A DNA stretch of 64,000 nt from Lingula anatina. Lineage: Eukaryota > Animalia > Brachiopoda. The position numbers and the translations under genes were made by a program. The stretch is taken from assembly GCA_051362555.1 (NCBI GenBank), contig CM120648.1, forward strand, positions 5,204,587 to 5,268,586, read 5' to 3'. The first letter of the stretch is position 1, and every line of letters begins with the position of its first letter. Below the pieces are notes generated by a model. That model made no database searches. It saw only the letters and a list, made by a program, of their open reading frames with translations, and was not told the origin of the DNA. Shown here piece after piece: positions 13,145-28,400 of the stretch.

Positions 13145-16100
13145 ATGGAAGCGAATGAGTTTAGAAAACATGGGAAAGAAATGGTAGATTACATTGCAGA
13201 CTACCTAGAGAAAGTTCACATGCGCAGAGTAACACCGGAAGTCCACCCCGGGTACATGCGTGATCTGGTACCTTCTAAGGCACCTGAAAAGGGTGAAGAA
13301 TGGACCGACATTATGGCTGATGTTAACAATGTCGTTATGCCAGGGGTGGGTCACTTTTTCTTCCTTAACCATTTATATAACGAAAAGGGTCCATTTAACT
13401 TCAGTGTTTCATATTATCCATATTGTCTGTCAGTGAATTAAGGCCTCCGCTCCAAAGCTACTGGTTAAAAACAACTGAAATTTACGAGGCTTTGCTGTTT
13501 GTTTGCATCAATTCCCATAAATGTAAAGCCCGTATATAAACCTTTAGACCCCATAAATGCATTTATTATTTTTTTTCATTTTAGATTACTCATTGGCAGC
13601 ACCCAAACTTCCACGCTTACTTCCCAGCCGGGAATTCGTTTCCATCGATTTTAGCAGATATGTTGTCTGACGCTATCGGCTGTGTTGGGTTTTCTTGGGT
13701 AAGTTGTTGTACAAACATATAATAGCACGATTCCAGAGTATAAAAACAAGATCACTGAGATATTTTCGGCAATCAGTTGAAACTTTTAATAGTCAGCGAT
13801 TTCATTTGTTTGTAAGAAAATAGGTGGCAAAAATCCGATTTACTCAAAATTAGGATCGGTTGCGCTCCTTAACCGACACATATCTAATTTGTCTGCCTTA
13901 TAAAGAGAAACTAATAAGACAATGTTTACGAACTCCTGTGGAATAGTTATAACGACATAGGGCCTACTCTAGGATCCAATATGTCGGATCTTACATGTAG
14001 GCCTTGCTTTAGTTTGGGCGTTGTTGTCTACAACTATTTCGTATTTTACACAATGTGTAAAGAAATTGTCTGCATGTCTCAGTCTCCAGACGAGACCTTC
14101 ACACAAAAATGTACCATCCAATTAATTAAGTATTTATTTTTTTGACAACCCCTGCATCATTTTCTCATTTTTTTTTGCAAAAATATGAGGCAGACAGTTG
14201 TGACGCGAACATAAGCATTGTCACGTGATGTGACGTGACTCGATTCCCATAAAACTAAATACGAGAAGTTATACAAAACAAGGCATGGGAACACGAGATC
14301 ATTGAACAAGGTCTATAAAAGCGAGGGTATAAAAAATTCATTCAAACAGAAACTCAGAATTGATTTTATTTGTTCAGACGTACTGTGGGTAGTCAGTGCT
14401 TGAAAAGGATGACATTCGGGCAACCGATATTGGACGCAAAGGAAAAAAAACGCTCAAAATTCAAATTAAAAGGAATATTATCAATCAGCACTTTGTACAA
14501 TGAATCTAAACGTTGATTAACATGGGGAGCATATACAAATGCACTGGTCAGGAAAAAGGTATTATCAACAGAAAAATAATTATAATAAGATGAACAATAC
14601 TGTAAATAAGAATGATTCGAAATGAGATCGGTGTAATAAAAATAAATAAAAAATGAAATGAAAAGAGATAAAATAATATACAACCTGAATGACTATAATG
14701 ATAAAGTGGTAATAAAATAAATAGAAGGATTTTAAAAAATAGAAAAAAGAAGAATGTAAGTAGATTATATAAGAACTGTGCTTGGTTAAACTAAATAGCT
14801 AAATGAATCAAATTTTGCGTGTTCCCGGGTCAAGCTATTCAAGCAGTTAAACCAAACATTTAACATACATGTATAAGAAAGTTCTCACATAGTTAACACT
14901 TTCAACATTTATTGTATTTGAATTAAACTTATAATTATACTGCTAATAAAGGACGAATTTTCTCCTTTATGAGACCTATAATTTTGGCAACACTGACCGG
15001 AACATAAAAAATATCTTACTAAGGGGCCATTCAGAATAGGGGACTAACTAGTCCGAGGGTCAAATATGGCCGACCCACTTGAATATTTCCCCACGGGATA
15101 TCTATTCAGTGACTATCAGCGGATTAGACGGCAAGCTTCGTAGTGGGTCGCCATATTTGACCCTCGGACTAGTTAGTCCCCTATTCTGAATGGAGCCTTA
15201 GATAGGCCGCACTTGGAATTCAACGGTTCGTTCGTATTTGAGTGTACGGACCCGACTATTACTCAGATCTATTGCAATTATACTCTGGTTTAATCACCAA
15301 TTATTTGGAGTTAAGTCAGTAGTGTTCTCTCGATATAGAAGGGACCTCCTTTTCCTAGAACATTGAGTGGTTGTGTAGTACCTTTTTAATAGTCAGCTAT
15401 AATTAATTGCTTCCCTTTTGCCAAGTAATTACTTGTTCCTCCGGTGTAGGCGGGTAGTAAATGCGTATTACTAACGGCATTCGAGTGAGGAATTGATACT
15501 ACCCGTGGTAATCTGATGTCGAGATCCTTAATAAGTCTAGGAATCACGGCATTTATCAGATTTCAGCGTAACTCCGATCGACAAATTGTTCCCGATGTTT
15601 TGATGTCTTTATTTTGGGATCAAAGGAAGGATTAGCAACATAGCAGACTGTGATTATTGCTCTTTCCTCTACAAACAATGATCGAATTGGTTTTTATCAG
15701 AAATTGGGGAAATCATTGGGTTCTTTGCTTGCGTTCAATCGATCAGACAAGGCATTGACTTAGGCCGCCATCTTTGTACTCATGTGCGACCCAGTGGGCG
15801 CTTATCGAGACACTTAAAAGCTTTGTGTTTTTAATCTTCCATCGATTACATGTAATTTGGCGTGGCCGTGGCTTTGTGAGCTGTCAAACATGTAATCCAA
15901 TAACACTGGGCGTCTCGTAGCGTCTCGACTTAGGCGGATTAATAGCAATAATGACCACCCAATCACTTGGTAATTTGACCAAATTTCGGTCTTAGATTTT
16001 CTAAATTTGGAAACATGTTTCGCATTACTGCCTTCTTTAGATGCATGCTATTACGAAGAATTAATTTATATTTTCCATTTTCCATTAGTTATTGTAACCA

Positions 16101-19100
16101 TCTATTGACATACATGTACTTAGTATAAGGAAATATTTAGGAATGGTTGGGCATGAAACTCCTATCTACATGGCCTAAGTCACTTTGTCCGTTGCCTGGT
16201 ATGATGCTAAAAGACTGGGACGGTCCGTTTGGAAGGAAAATATAATTTTTTTTTGAAGAATGTGTTCATTTGTATGACTGAAACATGTCCTTATTGTTTT
16301 GGGATCCTCTAGGTGTCTTTATCTCATCTAGACTTGCTGACAACTGAAAACTGTCGGCAAATTCAATCCGCGGTGGCAAGTTACGTGAGGATTCCACAAA
16401 ATAAAAGTAAAAAAATCTAAAATGTTTATTGTTTCGACTGTTTTCAGATCCAATGAAAATATTTTTCAGACACAAGTTGCTTTTTTTATGTTGTTTCAGG
16501 CAGCCAGCCCCGCCTGTACCGAACTTGAAACAATAGTTCTGGATTGGCTTGGTAGGTGAAAGAGCACGATGAATTAAATAATATGATTTACATGTATATA
16601 GAAATCCTATATTCCCATGTAAATTCCTGACAGGGAACTCGAAATGCTGATTTTAATTTCAGTGCAATTATTTAACCCAAAGTCAAGAAGCATTCATTTA
16701 ATCTTGACCAGAGTTTTACTTTTGATTTTATTTTCCCTCAAAAGGAAATATTTATAAGATGAACAACTGGCTGGTTGTAATACCTGATATCTTTTAAGCG
16801 GACAGTCTTAAGCATTTATGCACAGCATCGAAGTCTGGTGTGACGAACCCAAATATTAATGTTATCAGTCTCTCGTCAAAATCAAACGCTTATAGACATC
16901 AGTATTTAAAATGCTTTTTATACAATTGTGTCTTTTCTAGTTTAATGCTTAATTCGGTGTAATTATTTAGTATGATTTTTTGTTTGAAACAGGCACATAG
17001 CATTTTAAAATACGCAAGGGTAGGTTTACTCTTTTTTCTATAATCAGCAAGTACGAATTATTTTATGAGATGGTTGTTTTAACAATTTAGCAATTTTAAA
17101 ATATTGCCCTTTTCCCGACACAGTTAACATGTTTGCTCGCTCTCCATTTTCTAGGTAAAATGATTGGATTGCCGAGTGTTTTTCTTCACGAAAACGGAGT
17201 CGGCGGAGGCGTCATACAGGTACAGAGATGACCCCAAATAATAATAAAAAAATAAATTGAAAAAAGTTTTTTTGATAAGAATAAGTCGCCTGGGGGTAGT
17301 GTTTACAGAAAAAGTGGCAAATTCTTAGCGAGAAATGATAATTTACTTTTGAAAATGACATAGACATTATATATATAGATTATATGCAATGGCATATATT
17401 ATATTACACATCATTATATAACATATCTGTACATTGAATGACCAGGGTTCGGCCAGTGAGTGTATCTTGGTCACCCTCCTGGCCGCCCGTCACAACGCCA
17501 TCAAGCAGATGCAGGACGTCCATCCATTTGTGGAGGACGGTATGCTGCAAGCTAAGTTAGTGGCCTATTGTTCTACCCTGGTGAGTAATTAAAAGGCGTT
17601 GTCTAGAAGTTTGCATCTGTCGATCGAAATAATGAGAAACTGTTTAAACGTGGTCATTTCTTATATTAATCCATGCGTAAAAGAGATATTTTATAAATGT
17701 GCATAACAATGATTTTTTTTCACAAATTTTGATTCGGAAAGTGGTCAGTTAAAAAATGAAACTTTTTTCAGGCTCATTCTTGTGTCGAGAAGGCTGGAAT
17801 GATTGGCTGCGTAAAGATGCGCCACCTACCAACTGACGAGAATTTTTCACTGCGGGGTCAAACTCTGGTCAAGGCCATTGAGGAGGACCGGAAGCTGGGG
17901 CTGATTCCATTTTACGTGAGTGATACATGGCATCCCAAAGCTAAGGCAATTGTAATATACTTGTTTAGAAATGCTCTGAAAGTGGATATTATACTATACG
18001 CGAAAAGAGTACAAGATGTATCGGGGTATGTACAAAAACGGTAGTAAAAAGAAAGAAAAGAAACAAAAAGAGAGAAATACTTGTATGCGTATCATGATTA
18101 TTGTTATTTAAACCAAGGAGTTATAACAGTTATAACTCCTTGTTTAAACTAATACATGATGTACTCGCTGCTCCGGTGGTTGTCTTTGCCAACAATGAGG
18201 TTTAAAGGGATATATTTGTGTACAACAAAGCTTCAAAGCGTCCATGCATACTGCAATATCTATATTTAAATGTAACTTTAAATCTTAAAAAGCAGTTGGT
18301 TTTTATCAATGGTCTTTTATCGACGATTTTTAAATGTGATTTTAAAATGAAAAAAAATTAAGTTTATTTCACTATGGCCTTTTCTCGGTGATTTTAAAAT
18401 GTTATTCGGTGATATTAGTTTAGTCTGTTCCTCGATGTACTGTACTGGATGATTTTTTAATTTGATTTTACAGCTAATTCTAGTCATTATTTTCTCTATG
18501 GACAGGTCTGCGCCACCCTCGGAACAACGGCCGTTTGTTCATTTGACAACATTAAGGAGCTCGGGGCAGCGTGTGAGCGGGAGGGGGTGTGGCTGCACAT
18601 AGATGCCGCTTACGCTGGAAGTGCCTTGATTTGTCCCGAATTCCAGCATCTTATCAAAGGAATTGAGGTACGTGGGGTTATGTCATGGCATAAAAAGGTT
18701 TTAAAATTATTATTCAATAAACGATTTTGCTTCCAAACTTATATAAAATTGTTTTGTTTGGCTCTTATCCATCGCGAAAGCTAAACTGTGTACATTTATT
18801 TCAGCACGCTCACTCTTTCAACTTCAACCCCAACAAGTGGCTTCTGGTAAACTTCGATTGCTCGACTATGTGGTGAGTGCGCATGCGCGTATCTAATCTT
18901 TCCCCGTGAAAAGTGGATTGAAATGAGCAGATGTTGTAATTATATTGATTGTGATAAGAAAGCAATGTTAAGCTTTAATAAATGGGATCTCTTAAATCGC
19001 GTTTCATTTGGAGGTAGTGTCAAAAACAGAATAAAAAACTCTGTTTCACATATTTAGTAAAGATACATGTACAGAAATTTAAACAGTATTAAGTTGCATC

Positions 19101-22075
19101 TTATGCACAATTTCCAAACCGCTGGTACATGTATCGACCCCCCTCTTCATTTTTGTGTTTAATAGCGCGTTCATTGTCAGCATTTTTCTATTGTTTTAGG
19201 TACATGTATTGTACAAAGGACATAGAGATTTTTATGGAATGCGCCATTAGGGGCTATCTTCCGAACTGCGTCCGATCAAATCCCCGTAATCATCGGTTTA
19301 ATATTTTTCTGCCACTTTTTCCCCTTGTTCCTGTCATTTTTCAAGGATCTCTACAATCTTTACTATAAAAATAATAAAGAATCTTATTATTACTTTACTT
19401 GATGAACATTATATACCTTGACAGAGATGCACGTACCAGTAGAATTTAGCATAAGCGTATATTGAACACGATGACATCTCATTACCATAGGGTACGTAAC
19501 AGAGACGCCCTGACGAACGCCCTGACTGTGGACCCAGTCTATCTGCGACACCATCACTCAGGTATGCTATCAAAATCTAAACACCCGAATAATGATTTAG
19601 TTTGAATACGTGTTAAACGCTAAAATGAATTATTTGGAAATATTGTTATTTTCATTATATTCCTTGCCTAATCATTTCATTGAATTTTCAACTTAATGTG
19701 TCTTTAATGTTTTTTAAAAGTACACTCTTTGTTCATTTAAGATTACATTTAACATGCTCATTTGTAGCATATCAATATCAGGCTTCCCCTTTGTATTTTC
19801 AATAACCGTTCCCCTTACTATACGTTAAAGCACAAACGTTCTTCGCTGCAATATTCCATGCCCGTTTATTCAACACACATCATCTCTATTGCCATGGAAT
19901 TCAATTATGATAAAAGGGGTTCTTATTATCACATCAAACAGCACTTGGCTTTAGCGAGAGTTTGTTATTTACCAAGCAGTAAGGATAAAAAGAACTTCTG
20001 CCTAGGATTTAATTAAAAATGATTCAAAATGCGTGGTCGTGGCGCTGGTCATTTCCACTACTTTCTTTGTTTTTTTTCGATAAAGTTTTACTTAATCTAG
20101 GACGTGGAAGTGTGCTTTCTTACATGAATCTGTAGGGAAGATAATTTCAGATGTAAATAACTAAATTTGTGTGGCATAACTTGCCGCCAGACTTCCTCAT
20201 TACTTTGCCATCTGGTTGTCCGATATTAGCGCAAGGCAGACTTATTTTCGTTCTAAATTACTCCTTGTATAGACGTTATTCATGTGTCGTAATATCGTTT
20301 ATTTTGCTCTCACCATCCGCTTCCACTCTAAAAGGCACGCCAAGTAAACGCAAATATCCTCAATACACGGCACATGAAAGTTATTTTATACGCATTTGGC
20401 CTTTAATGTTTTGTGCACATGAAATGTTCATATCCATCGATCAGCTTTCATTTTCCCGACAGTAATCGCTTTTCAAGACAGTTTTGTTGGTATTTTTTTC
20501 ACGCATACAAAGGACAGGCAATAGACTTCAGGGTAAGTACCACATAGATAATTCTTTTAATAAGCAAATGAATGCACTGGATCACAGTAATCCATTGATA
20601 CGGCTGCAGTGAAGGAAAGTTTTAGCATGTGCTCAAGTGTCTTGTACATGTATCCTCCATGTAGATCCATATGCATGTAGATTTTTTTCTTTTCTTTTTA
20701 TTTCATTTCAGCACTGGGGTATCCCTCTAAGCCGTCGTTTCCGGGCACTGAAACTGTGGTTTGTCATAAGGACATATGGGGTGGATGGTCTACAGAAGTA
20801 CATACGAGAGGTAGTACATACACTAAAGCGTATGTACGAGTAGCTATTGCTATGAATAGAGAAATGGTCAAGTGTTAAAATATGAATACGTTATTCGCGC
20901 ATCAACGTGAAAATTATTATTAACTACTCCATGAAATCCTCTCCCCGCGCGTCATATCAAAGTTGCCATTTGAGAAAAAAACAATTGAGAAAATTTGTTA
21001 TTCACTCATTAATGTCATCATTTTGTATAGTACTGGTTATTGTGACCATTATTAAAATAACGTTCTTAGTACACAGGATGATGCAACGCATAAGTTTCTT
21101 TAAAGAAAAATAATCTGTTTCTTAGGTTTTTATCCAAAGCTAATAACAGCGACAAATGCTAGGTGTTGATGGTGTTGTTTACAGGATAATTTTGAAGATC
21201 AGTTTATTTACAATGTAATTAATCGACTTTCTCTTTCTATAGCATGTTCAGCTGGCCAAGCATTTTGAGGGCTTGGTGCGCGCCGACTCCAGATTTGAAA
21301 TCCTTGGCCAGGTGACCATGGGGTTGGTCTGTTTCCGACTTAAGGTGAGTGAACCCTCAGGGCACCTGTGCTTGTAAACGTTAACTTCTGTGTAGAAAAA
21401 AATTACCATTTAGTGCACTGTTAAGTTCAACTGGTTCATATTAGGGTTTTAAGGTTGGTGAAGCTGCAAACGTTTAATTAAAAACATCAATGTACTTTAT
21501 CTGTGACATAAAGTTTGAGATATGGCAAAGGTAGTCAGAGATAATGATTTTGGCTTTCTTCTAATTTTCATTTGAAGGGTCCAAACAAAATGACCCAGAA
21601 TTTGTTGCGTAACATCAACCATTCCGGAAAGCTGCACATGGTTCCCGCTAAGATTCATGAGAAGTACGTCATCAGATTTGCAGTCTGCGCACAGCACGCT
21701 ATTGATGACGACATTGAACATGCGTGGCACGTCATCACAGATTTCGCCAACGACATCCTTGAAAACTGCGACAGCAACAAGGGGCAGGAAGAGACAGAAA
21801 ATGAGGAAAATGAAAGCGATGATAACGGCGATTTGATTGGAAGCAGTTCGGAAGATGATGAGGTGTTTTACGAGCACCCTGTCCCTCTGGTCTACCCGGA
21901 CAAGAGCGACCTGACGGCACAAGTGAGGCGCAACCTTCTGCTGAAGATGGTCTCCGACCCGAAGTGTTACAACGTCAGCGTTCGGGCCGCGTTGAGCATT
22001 GCAGAAAGACGTCACAAAAGTGATTCGGCTGCGAAGCATGGGGCGGGAGCGAGGTTTAAGCTTCGCCTTCCCTGA
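13145..22075 (+). CDS. tdc: Tyrosine decarboxylase (PLP-dependent group II aromatic amino-acid decarboxylase)
   Basis: 13 in-phase coding exons: 13145-13345, 13585-13698, 16500-16551, 17155-17219, 17446-17580, 17772-17915, 18506-18667, 18805-18872, 19491-19561, 20513-20532, 20712-20810, 21243-21344, 21578-22075. Motifs [37 protein letters not shown]-lysine NPNKW (DDC has NPHKW, HDC NPSKW), [11 protein letters not shown] and C-terminal [10 protein letters not shown] typical of invertebrate TDC (C. elegans TDC-1/Drosophila Tdc2 type). Confidence 0.93.
15020..15200. mobile_element. MITE with long terminal inverted repeats in a tdc intron
   Basis: ctaaggggccattcagaataggggactaactagtccgagggtcaaatatggccgacccact ... 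agtgggtcgccatatttgaccctcggactagttagtcccctattctgaatggagccttag: about 57-bp near-perfect inverted repeat around a ~60-bp spacer, no ORF. Confidence 0.85.
18107..18149. repeat. Short near-perfect palindrome/hairpin
   Basis: tttaaaccaaggagttataac-a-gttataactccttgtttaaa. Confidence 0.7.
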
Positions 22076-23331
22076 GAGTCAAGTCGACTGCCTGCCAGAC
22101 GAGGAATACATGTGGCTATCATTACCGTCGAAGATAATTTACTTATCGAAAAGTTAAATGTTTTATCAAAAATACAGGACAGCGTTTTCGTTTTGCTTAT
22201 GAATATTGTTAGAAATTTACGACTTCTATATGAATACAACAGCCGTGGATACGTAATTGCTCATCCTGGAAATCCCACGGAAAGCTGTTATATCTGCACG
22301 ACAGTGTGGAATTAACTTGTAATTTATGGTGCATGCTTCACCCACAAAACAAGGGTTAGAAAACAGCAGTCAAAGTATATAAGTGTATGTGTAGGTTGAG
22401 ATGGAGTTAGACAGCTCAATTGGAAGATATATATATTATATCAGAATACTTCTCCACATTTTAACCGGTGAAGGGAAAAATATAGAGATCAGTGCTTTGT
22501 GAGATTCTTCGTGCTCGTACTAGGGCAGTTTACTGATTGATACAGATATAATAAAGGTGTTGACAAAACGACTGCGTCTCGATAATTTTGCAGAAGAAAT
22601 GTAGTTCTCAGTGGAAAGAGAGAAAAGAAAAAAAAGATTTTCTAAAAATAACCCTTTATTAAATGTGGTAACAGACGCGCGTTCACCAAGTTGGCTCTAG
22701 TAGTAAACGGCTACTTATATACATCACAGTAACACAAAAAGAGTGCACACCAAAAGCGTGTATGTTCTTCCTGTCTATTACTAAGTGTTAAATTTGCAAT
22801 ACCATACCTGTGTAAATACGTGTTAAACGCACGTACATGTAATTTTAAGCTTGAGGATAATCCCCTGAAGCTACTAGTGCGTCTAGTCTCAAAACTGGAT
22901 TTTGTCGGATAGTCGTATACGTTTTTGGCTTTGAAGCGTCTTTGCAATTAATCCAGCAAGACGCGTATCAAAGTCAGTGATCACTCTATAATAAATGTCG
23001 GTGTAATTTAAATATGCTGACCGTGCTTTTCTTTCGGCCAAGGTGTTGACACTTAATTGTGAGCAGTTATTGTGGCAACTGTTACTGTCAAAAACGAGGA
23101 CAAATATGGGCCCCTAACATCCACGATCACATATGGAAAATAATATTGTCACAATGGCTAACTGATTTGCATTATACAACTGTATTTATATACACGCAAG
23201 TACATTTGCAGATGCATCAATACGCTAGTGCATGCTCGACATAATCAAATACTCAACAAGCTCAACTACATGCAGTATATGCAGGAAGCTCAGGTGAGCA
23301 TACTTTCACACATCATTTTGCCTGTCAGTCA

Positions 23332-25405
23332 TCAGTGAAGCAGGATCTTTTCCACTCCCATCATGGGGATTTCAAATGCTAAACTGAACACGAAGGCACC
23401 CAAGAAGGATAAACACATATATCCACTGAACAAGAAGGCCTGGAAAAATAAAATAAATGGTACATAGAATAATAAATAAATCGAAAATTGGAATGAAATT
23501 GAAACAGAATTAAGTAACACAAAATGATATGAAATAAAACTGAATATAATCAGTCTTAAGCAATTAGTCACATGCAAATGACTGTGACTCTACACATGCT
23601 CTCTCTCTCTCTCTCTCTCTCTGTGTGTTACACGTTTACTCACCATATTAAAATCGGATATGTCGACTTCAGACGGACGGTTTTGTAGGTAGACTAGTAT
23701 AAGTGCCGGGTGGATGAGATAGACCGCGTATACGAGTCTCCCAAGGGGTACCCAGAACGACCAGGACAATATGGAATTGATAAAACCTGTAAAATATACA
23801 CAAAAATAGAATAAATATATGAGAATCCGTATTTGCAAAATCGACAATTCAAATCACTGAAGTAAATATACATGTATATAAACATGCAATGAATTTACAG
23901 TATACGCTTAAATAATTAAGAATACGCGATTATAAAAATACATTTTTGAATATTGGAACAAAAATGATGTCTCAAATTTCAGTATTCATCAAACTAAACA
24001 ATTGCAAAAATACATTTTCGATTTCTCAGTTATGGATTTACGCTTACGATTTTACATTCATTGTTATTTTTTGAATCTTAAAAAGGTATTTTTTTCACTT
24101 TTTAATATTAAAAAACCAGAAGTATAAGTTGTAAAATTACAGATTTAAGGAAAAAAAGAGATTCATATCACCATTATGGCAGTAATACTGTGACACCTAC
24201 AATCCAGACCAAAAGCGCAGTCATCATCCTTCTAAACACAACTGTTACTGTAGCTTTACGAATTAAGACCATAAATAAATGTAAAAAATGTCTCACCGCC
24301 GTGGCCAGTGGCACAGGCAATGATAATCCACCCGAGAGCGAACCCCCACATTGGTTTGCTGATTATTTCGTACATGATGGAGCCCTCTTTGGACCAAGGA
24401 CCATTTTTGACGTCGTCGTATTTCACGAAGACCAGCAGCGTGCAGCAGGCTATGGACACTATCCAACCCAGAGCAACGAAATACTGAAAAGAAGTATTTA
24501 AGACACGAGTTCGATGCAGGTTTTTCGTGTTCATAGGAAACTTAAGCATGATTTCACACCGTTGACTAGATATACCTAAAAGATGATTCCCAAAGGATGA
24601 TTCAAATAATTTTTGCTTCGTTTTAATAACTATAAACTATGCAAAATGTTTTTGACATTTCAAGACCCTTATTAAAACTGTGAAATGATGCAAATATATT
24701 AAAAATGGATCAGTTACTTTTGATTCATTTATTTTTTTAATAATCAAGGCATGGCTCATCATGGCAACGATTTCCCCACAATGCACTAACATACTAAAAA
24801 ATAAAAAATAAAATAAAGTGTCCGTCACCCCTGGTACATCTAAAGCAGTATGGCTATCATCCATGCTTCGAGAAAACGCGACATTTTCGTCCTCGATTCG
24901 TGTTGTTGAGATGCACAGAAACAGGACCCGATAAGGCTGGGTGCTCCAATGGCACCACAACGACTCTACACATATATTCCAATCTCCTCATTGCTAATTG
25001 CGTTCGGGCAACGTCGCGTGATTCCGGAAAGGTCCGAAGTGGGGAATCAGTCAGTGTTCATTTCATAACCATCTGTACTATTTCAATATGATCTCCGTCC
25101 GTAAGTCCTTTATTCGTGGGTTACTTCCTTGAAATTCGAGTCAGTAATGTCTTACCTTATTCATCTTTATCTTGCACTGAGTCTTATTAAGCAGGAATCC
25201 CACCAGCAATCCAATCAGGTAGGGTGCGATGCGACACCAGGGAATAATGTAGTAGTGATAGTAGAAATCGTCTCTAAAAGAGAAGAAAAAAATGTGAAGT
25301 AGGTCCTACAACGGAGCGTAATACCGTGTGTTTAAACTAAGAGATTTGTCACGTACATGTACTAATTCTCAGGAGATACAACGAGAAGCAGGGCTACTGT
25401 CAAAA

Positions 25406-25452
<47 letters not shown>

Positions 25453-28400
25453 AATAATAATCCAGTAAAAAAAGATATTATTTTAAGATGTGTTTTGGTA
25501 TCAAACATAACAATTGAACGTGTAATACGAAAAGCATACATTCTGTACATACCCAAGAAAGAATGAATGCGCTTTTAGCCCAGCCAGCGTGAAGTAACTC
25601 CCTATAATATTGGCAATCAGTCCCAAAAGCAGTATCACAAGCCCGACAACAGGTTTCCTACGTGATCAAATCAAAGACATATCATTAGCCCAAACAGGTG
25701 TTTCATAGCCATTGATTTAATAAATCATATTACATTGGATACACATTGTAATTTTAAGCGCTATAGAAATGAATTACTTTGAATTTTTAAGGGACATAAA
25801 AAAGAAATCTTTGTAAACACGTCATGTTATTTTCAAATCGCATATATAGAGCGCATTCCCAGAGATTTAGATCGATCCAACTTGATCGACCTAACTCCCT
25901 GGGGGTTCACGCTAAATTGCTGTCAGCCGACAGTGCACGGAAGTTAATTACCCCCTTACAGCTTTAAGTAGGCGGGACAGACATTTAAGCCAGCTAAGCT
26001 GACAGTAATCTAGTGAGACTCCCCCCGGGGATAGATCGATCTCAAATCTGTGGAAATGGGGCCTATACATGCATGCATGTGTATGTATACAGCTGTACCT
26101 ACCAGTATAAGGGTAACATGAAAAGTGGCGCCACGATATAAAACTGGATATCGTTGTCTATGTACCAGCACCAAGACATACACTGAAAAGAATGGATTTA
26201 TTTACTAGTAAAATATTAACTTGTACTTTTTCTTTACTTCTTCTAACTGCTAAAATCCTTCAATGGTCTAAATGCTTGTCTGACTAGACCCTACTGGTCT
26301 TCGTGCAAATTTTGAACTGAATTATATAATTAGGAATGGTATTAATCATCTAGTCTAAGAACAAAAACGGCTACGGCGAATGACTGTTGAATAGGTGAAA
26401 TTGATTTTTTTTAGTTAAATTTTATATGGCGCGAAAATCGCATATAGGATACCTTCAATTCCCGTTTGAGTGACAGAAATGAAAAGAGTGTTAATTCCTC
26501 TTATATAATTGAAACCAATTTTTTTAAATAATGATGCATGTAACTAACTTCCTAAATGAAATAAGTGAACATACCGCTTCCTTGGCAAAGACAAAGTTGT
26601 TAATATACAGTATATTTGTCCACCAATTGTTTCGACACTGTTCGGCATCGTACCCCGTTTCCCGCCACAGAGGGCCACGCCCCATGTAGTCCTTCAGGGT
26701 CACGTATATAAACAGTAACATGAAGTAGATGGGCGACAGTCTGAAAATATAAATAACATGTGTGCTAGAGACCAGAGGGCGTACAGCGTAGTATACTCGA
26801 AAGGTTGTAACTCGCGTTTAAGTGTACATTTTCGAGTAAAAATGAAAGCTGGTTTTCTAGCTTGTAAATTACAAACTTTTGGAAATCTGGTCAAAGAGAG
26901 ATTCGCTTACAGATAGGCAGTATCTTGCAGAAAGAACGTTGAAGTAAAGCAAAAGAGAATGATATTTATCAAATTTACATGTAAGGGAAAAGTAGACTTT
27001 CTCATTTAGTCATAAGATATGTAAAATGTGCATTACTTATATTATATTATATTATATTATATTATATTATATTATATTATATATGTACTTACCTCAAATA
27101 TCGGTGGATGTAATAGAGTACCATAGTTTTGCAGCGGACACCGCGCTGTCTTGTTAACTGCTTAAGAAAGAGGTAAGCCACAAGAACACCACTGCAAAAT
27201 AAATAAATAAATAAATAAATAAATACACAAAACATTTTATTATTTTATTGATTGCAATCCTAATGCCTTTAAAAGTAATGTTTAATGGTAATAAAGTTTC
27301 TTAAAATATCTATGTAGTTTTAAACTCTATTTCAATATTACCTTTTTGGACGCAATGAACAATGCATGCTTTAAAAGCAGGTTAAAATAATATCTAAAGC
27401 AGGTAAATGCACACAAAAAATGGCAGAAGAACGGTGTTAATAAGGTCAGAAGTTATCCATCTATGTGGAGAGACAACAAGATTACATTAGTGCCAGACAT
27501 GCAGACAAATAACACACAGATACGCTTGCATATCATAAAGTAACCATGCTACGGCTCACCTCAATAAGAAAAATGAATCCACAGAGAAAAAGGCGTTGGT
27601 GACGGCTATGAAGGAGAACCTCGTTGATTCATCCCATGCAAAAAGTGGATTTGCTGAAAGAGAAAAACAACAGACCAGTAGCGTCAAAATGCTGCCATTT
27701 CAAGGGCGTACATTGATTTCCTCCAACCAGTCGCTTAATTACATACTTTATGTTGAGATGTAAAGTTAAAAAAAGAACATATTCTATATCCCCAAACAAG
27801 AAACGGTGTGTATAAATTAACATGCAGATCGGTTGATCGTTATTTGGAATACACTTGTTTACCTAAATGTTCATCAATAAACTATGACGACAGTGTATGT
27901 CCCTGTCGTTTTATTCTTAAATTTACAGTCGATTTTTCATTTGCAGAACTAAAAAAAGTTACAGTAGCAGTTCCTTCTAACAGCAGCTAATGCAGGGTTT
28001 TCCTTATCCGACATTTCAGTGTCTCACAAGACACCATCATGTGGAATTTATTGTATCCTCTACCCAAGAAGAGCAGTGAATTATTGGAATGGTGATAAAT
28101 ACCATTCTGACTTCGACAGTTGTTTGAAGAAACTAGTAACTTTGAATGCAATTAAAATCGTCTGACCAATACCTGCAAACACGCCGATGGTGGACACCAT
28201 ATACGAGTACGAGTGTCCCAGTACCACCCAGCCTATACTTAGAACTCGTATCCCGTTTAGACAGGTGATTGCACCGCGCCCCTGGTGCGTATCCAGGAGA
28301 CGTGGGAGAGAAGAGTACAGAGAGAAAGAAGTGAGGAGGCGGATTGCCAGTGGCGCTGAAAGTAAAGCAAAAGAAAGCGGTGCTTAAACATATCATTTTA

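Noticed and set aside
21497-22039. 180-aa minus-strand ORF
   Set aside because: Antisense shadow of the last tdc exon; no independent motif.
26103-26182. WYIDNDIQFY variant in NRF-6 gene 1 versus WY(V/I)ANDFQFY in its paralogues
   Set aside because: Single-residue difference of unknown significance; frame intact.
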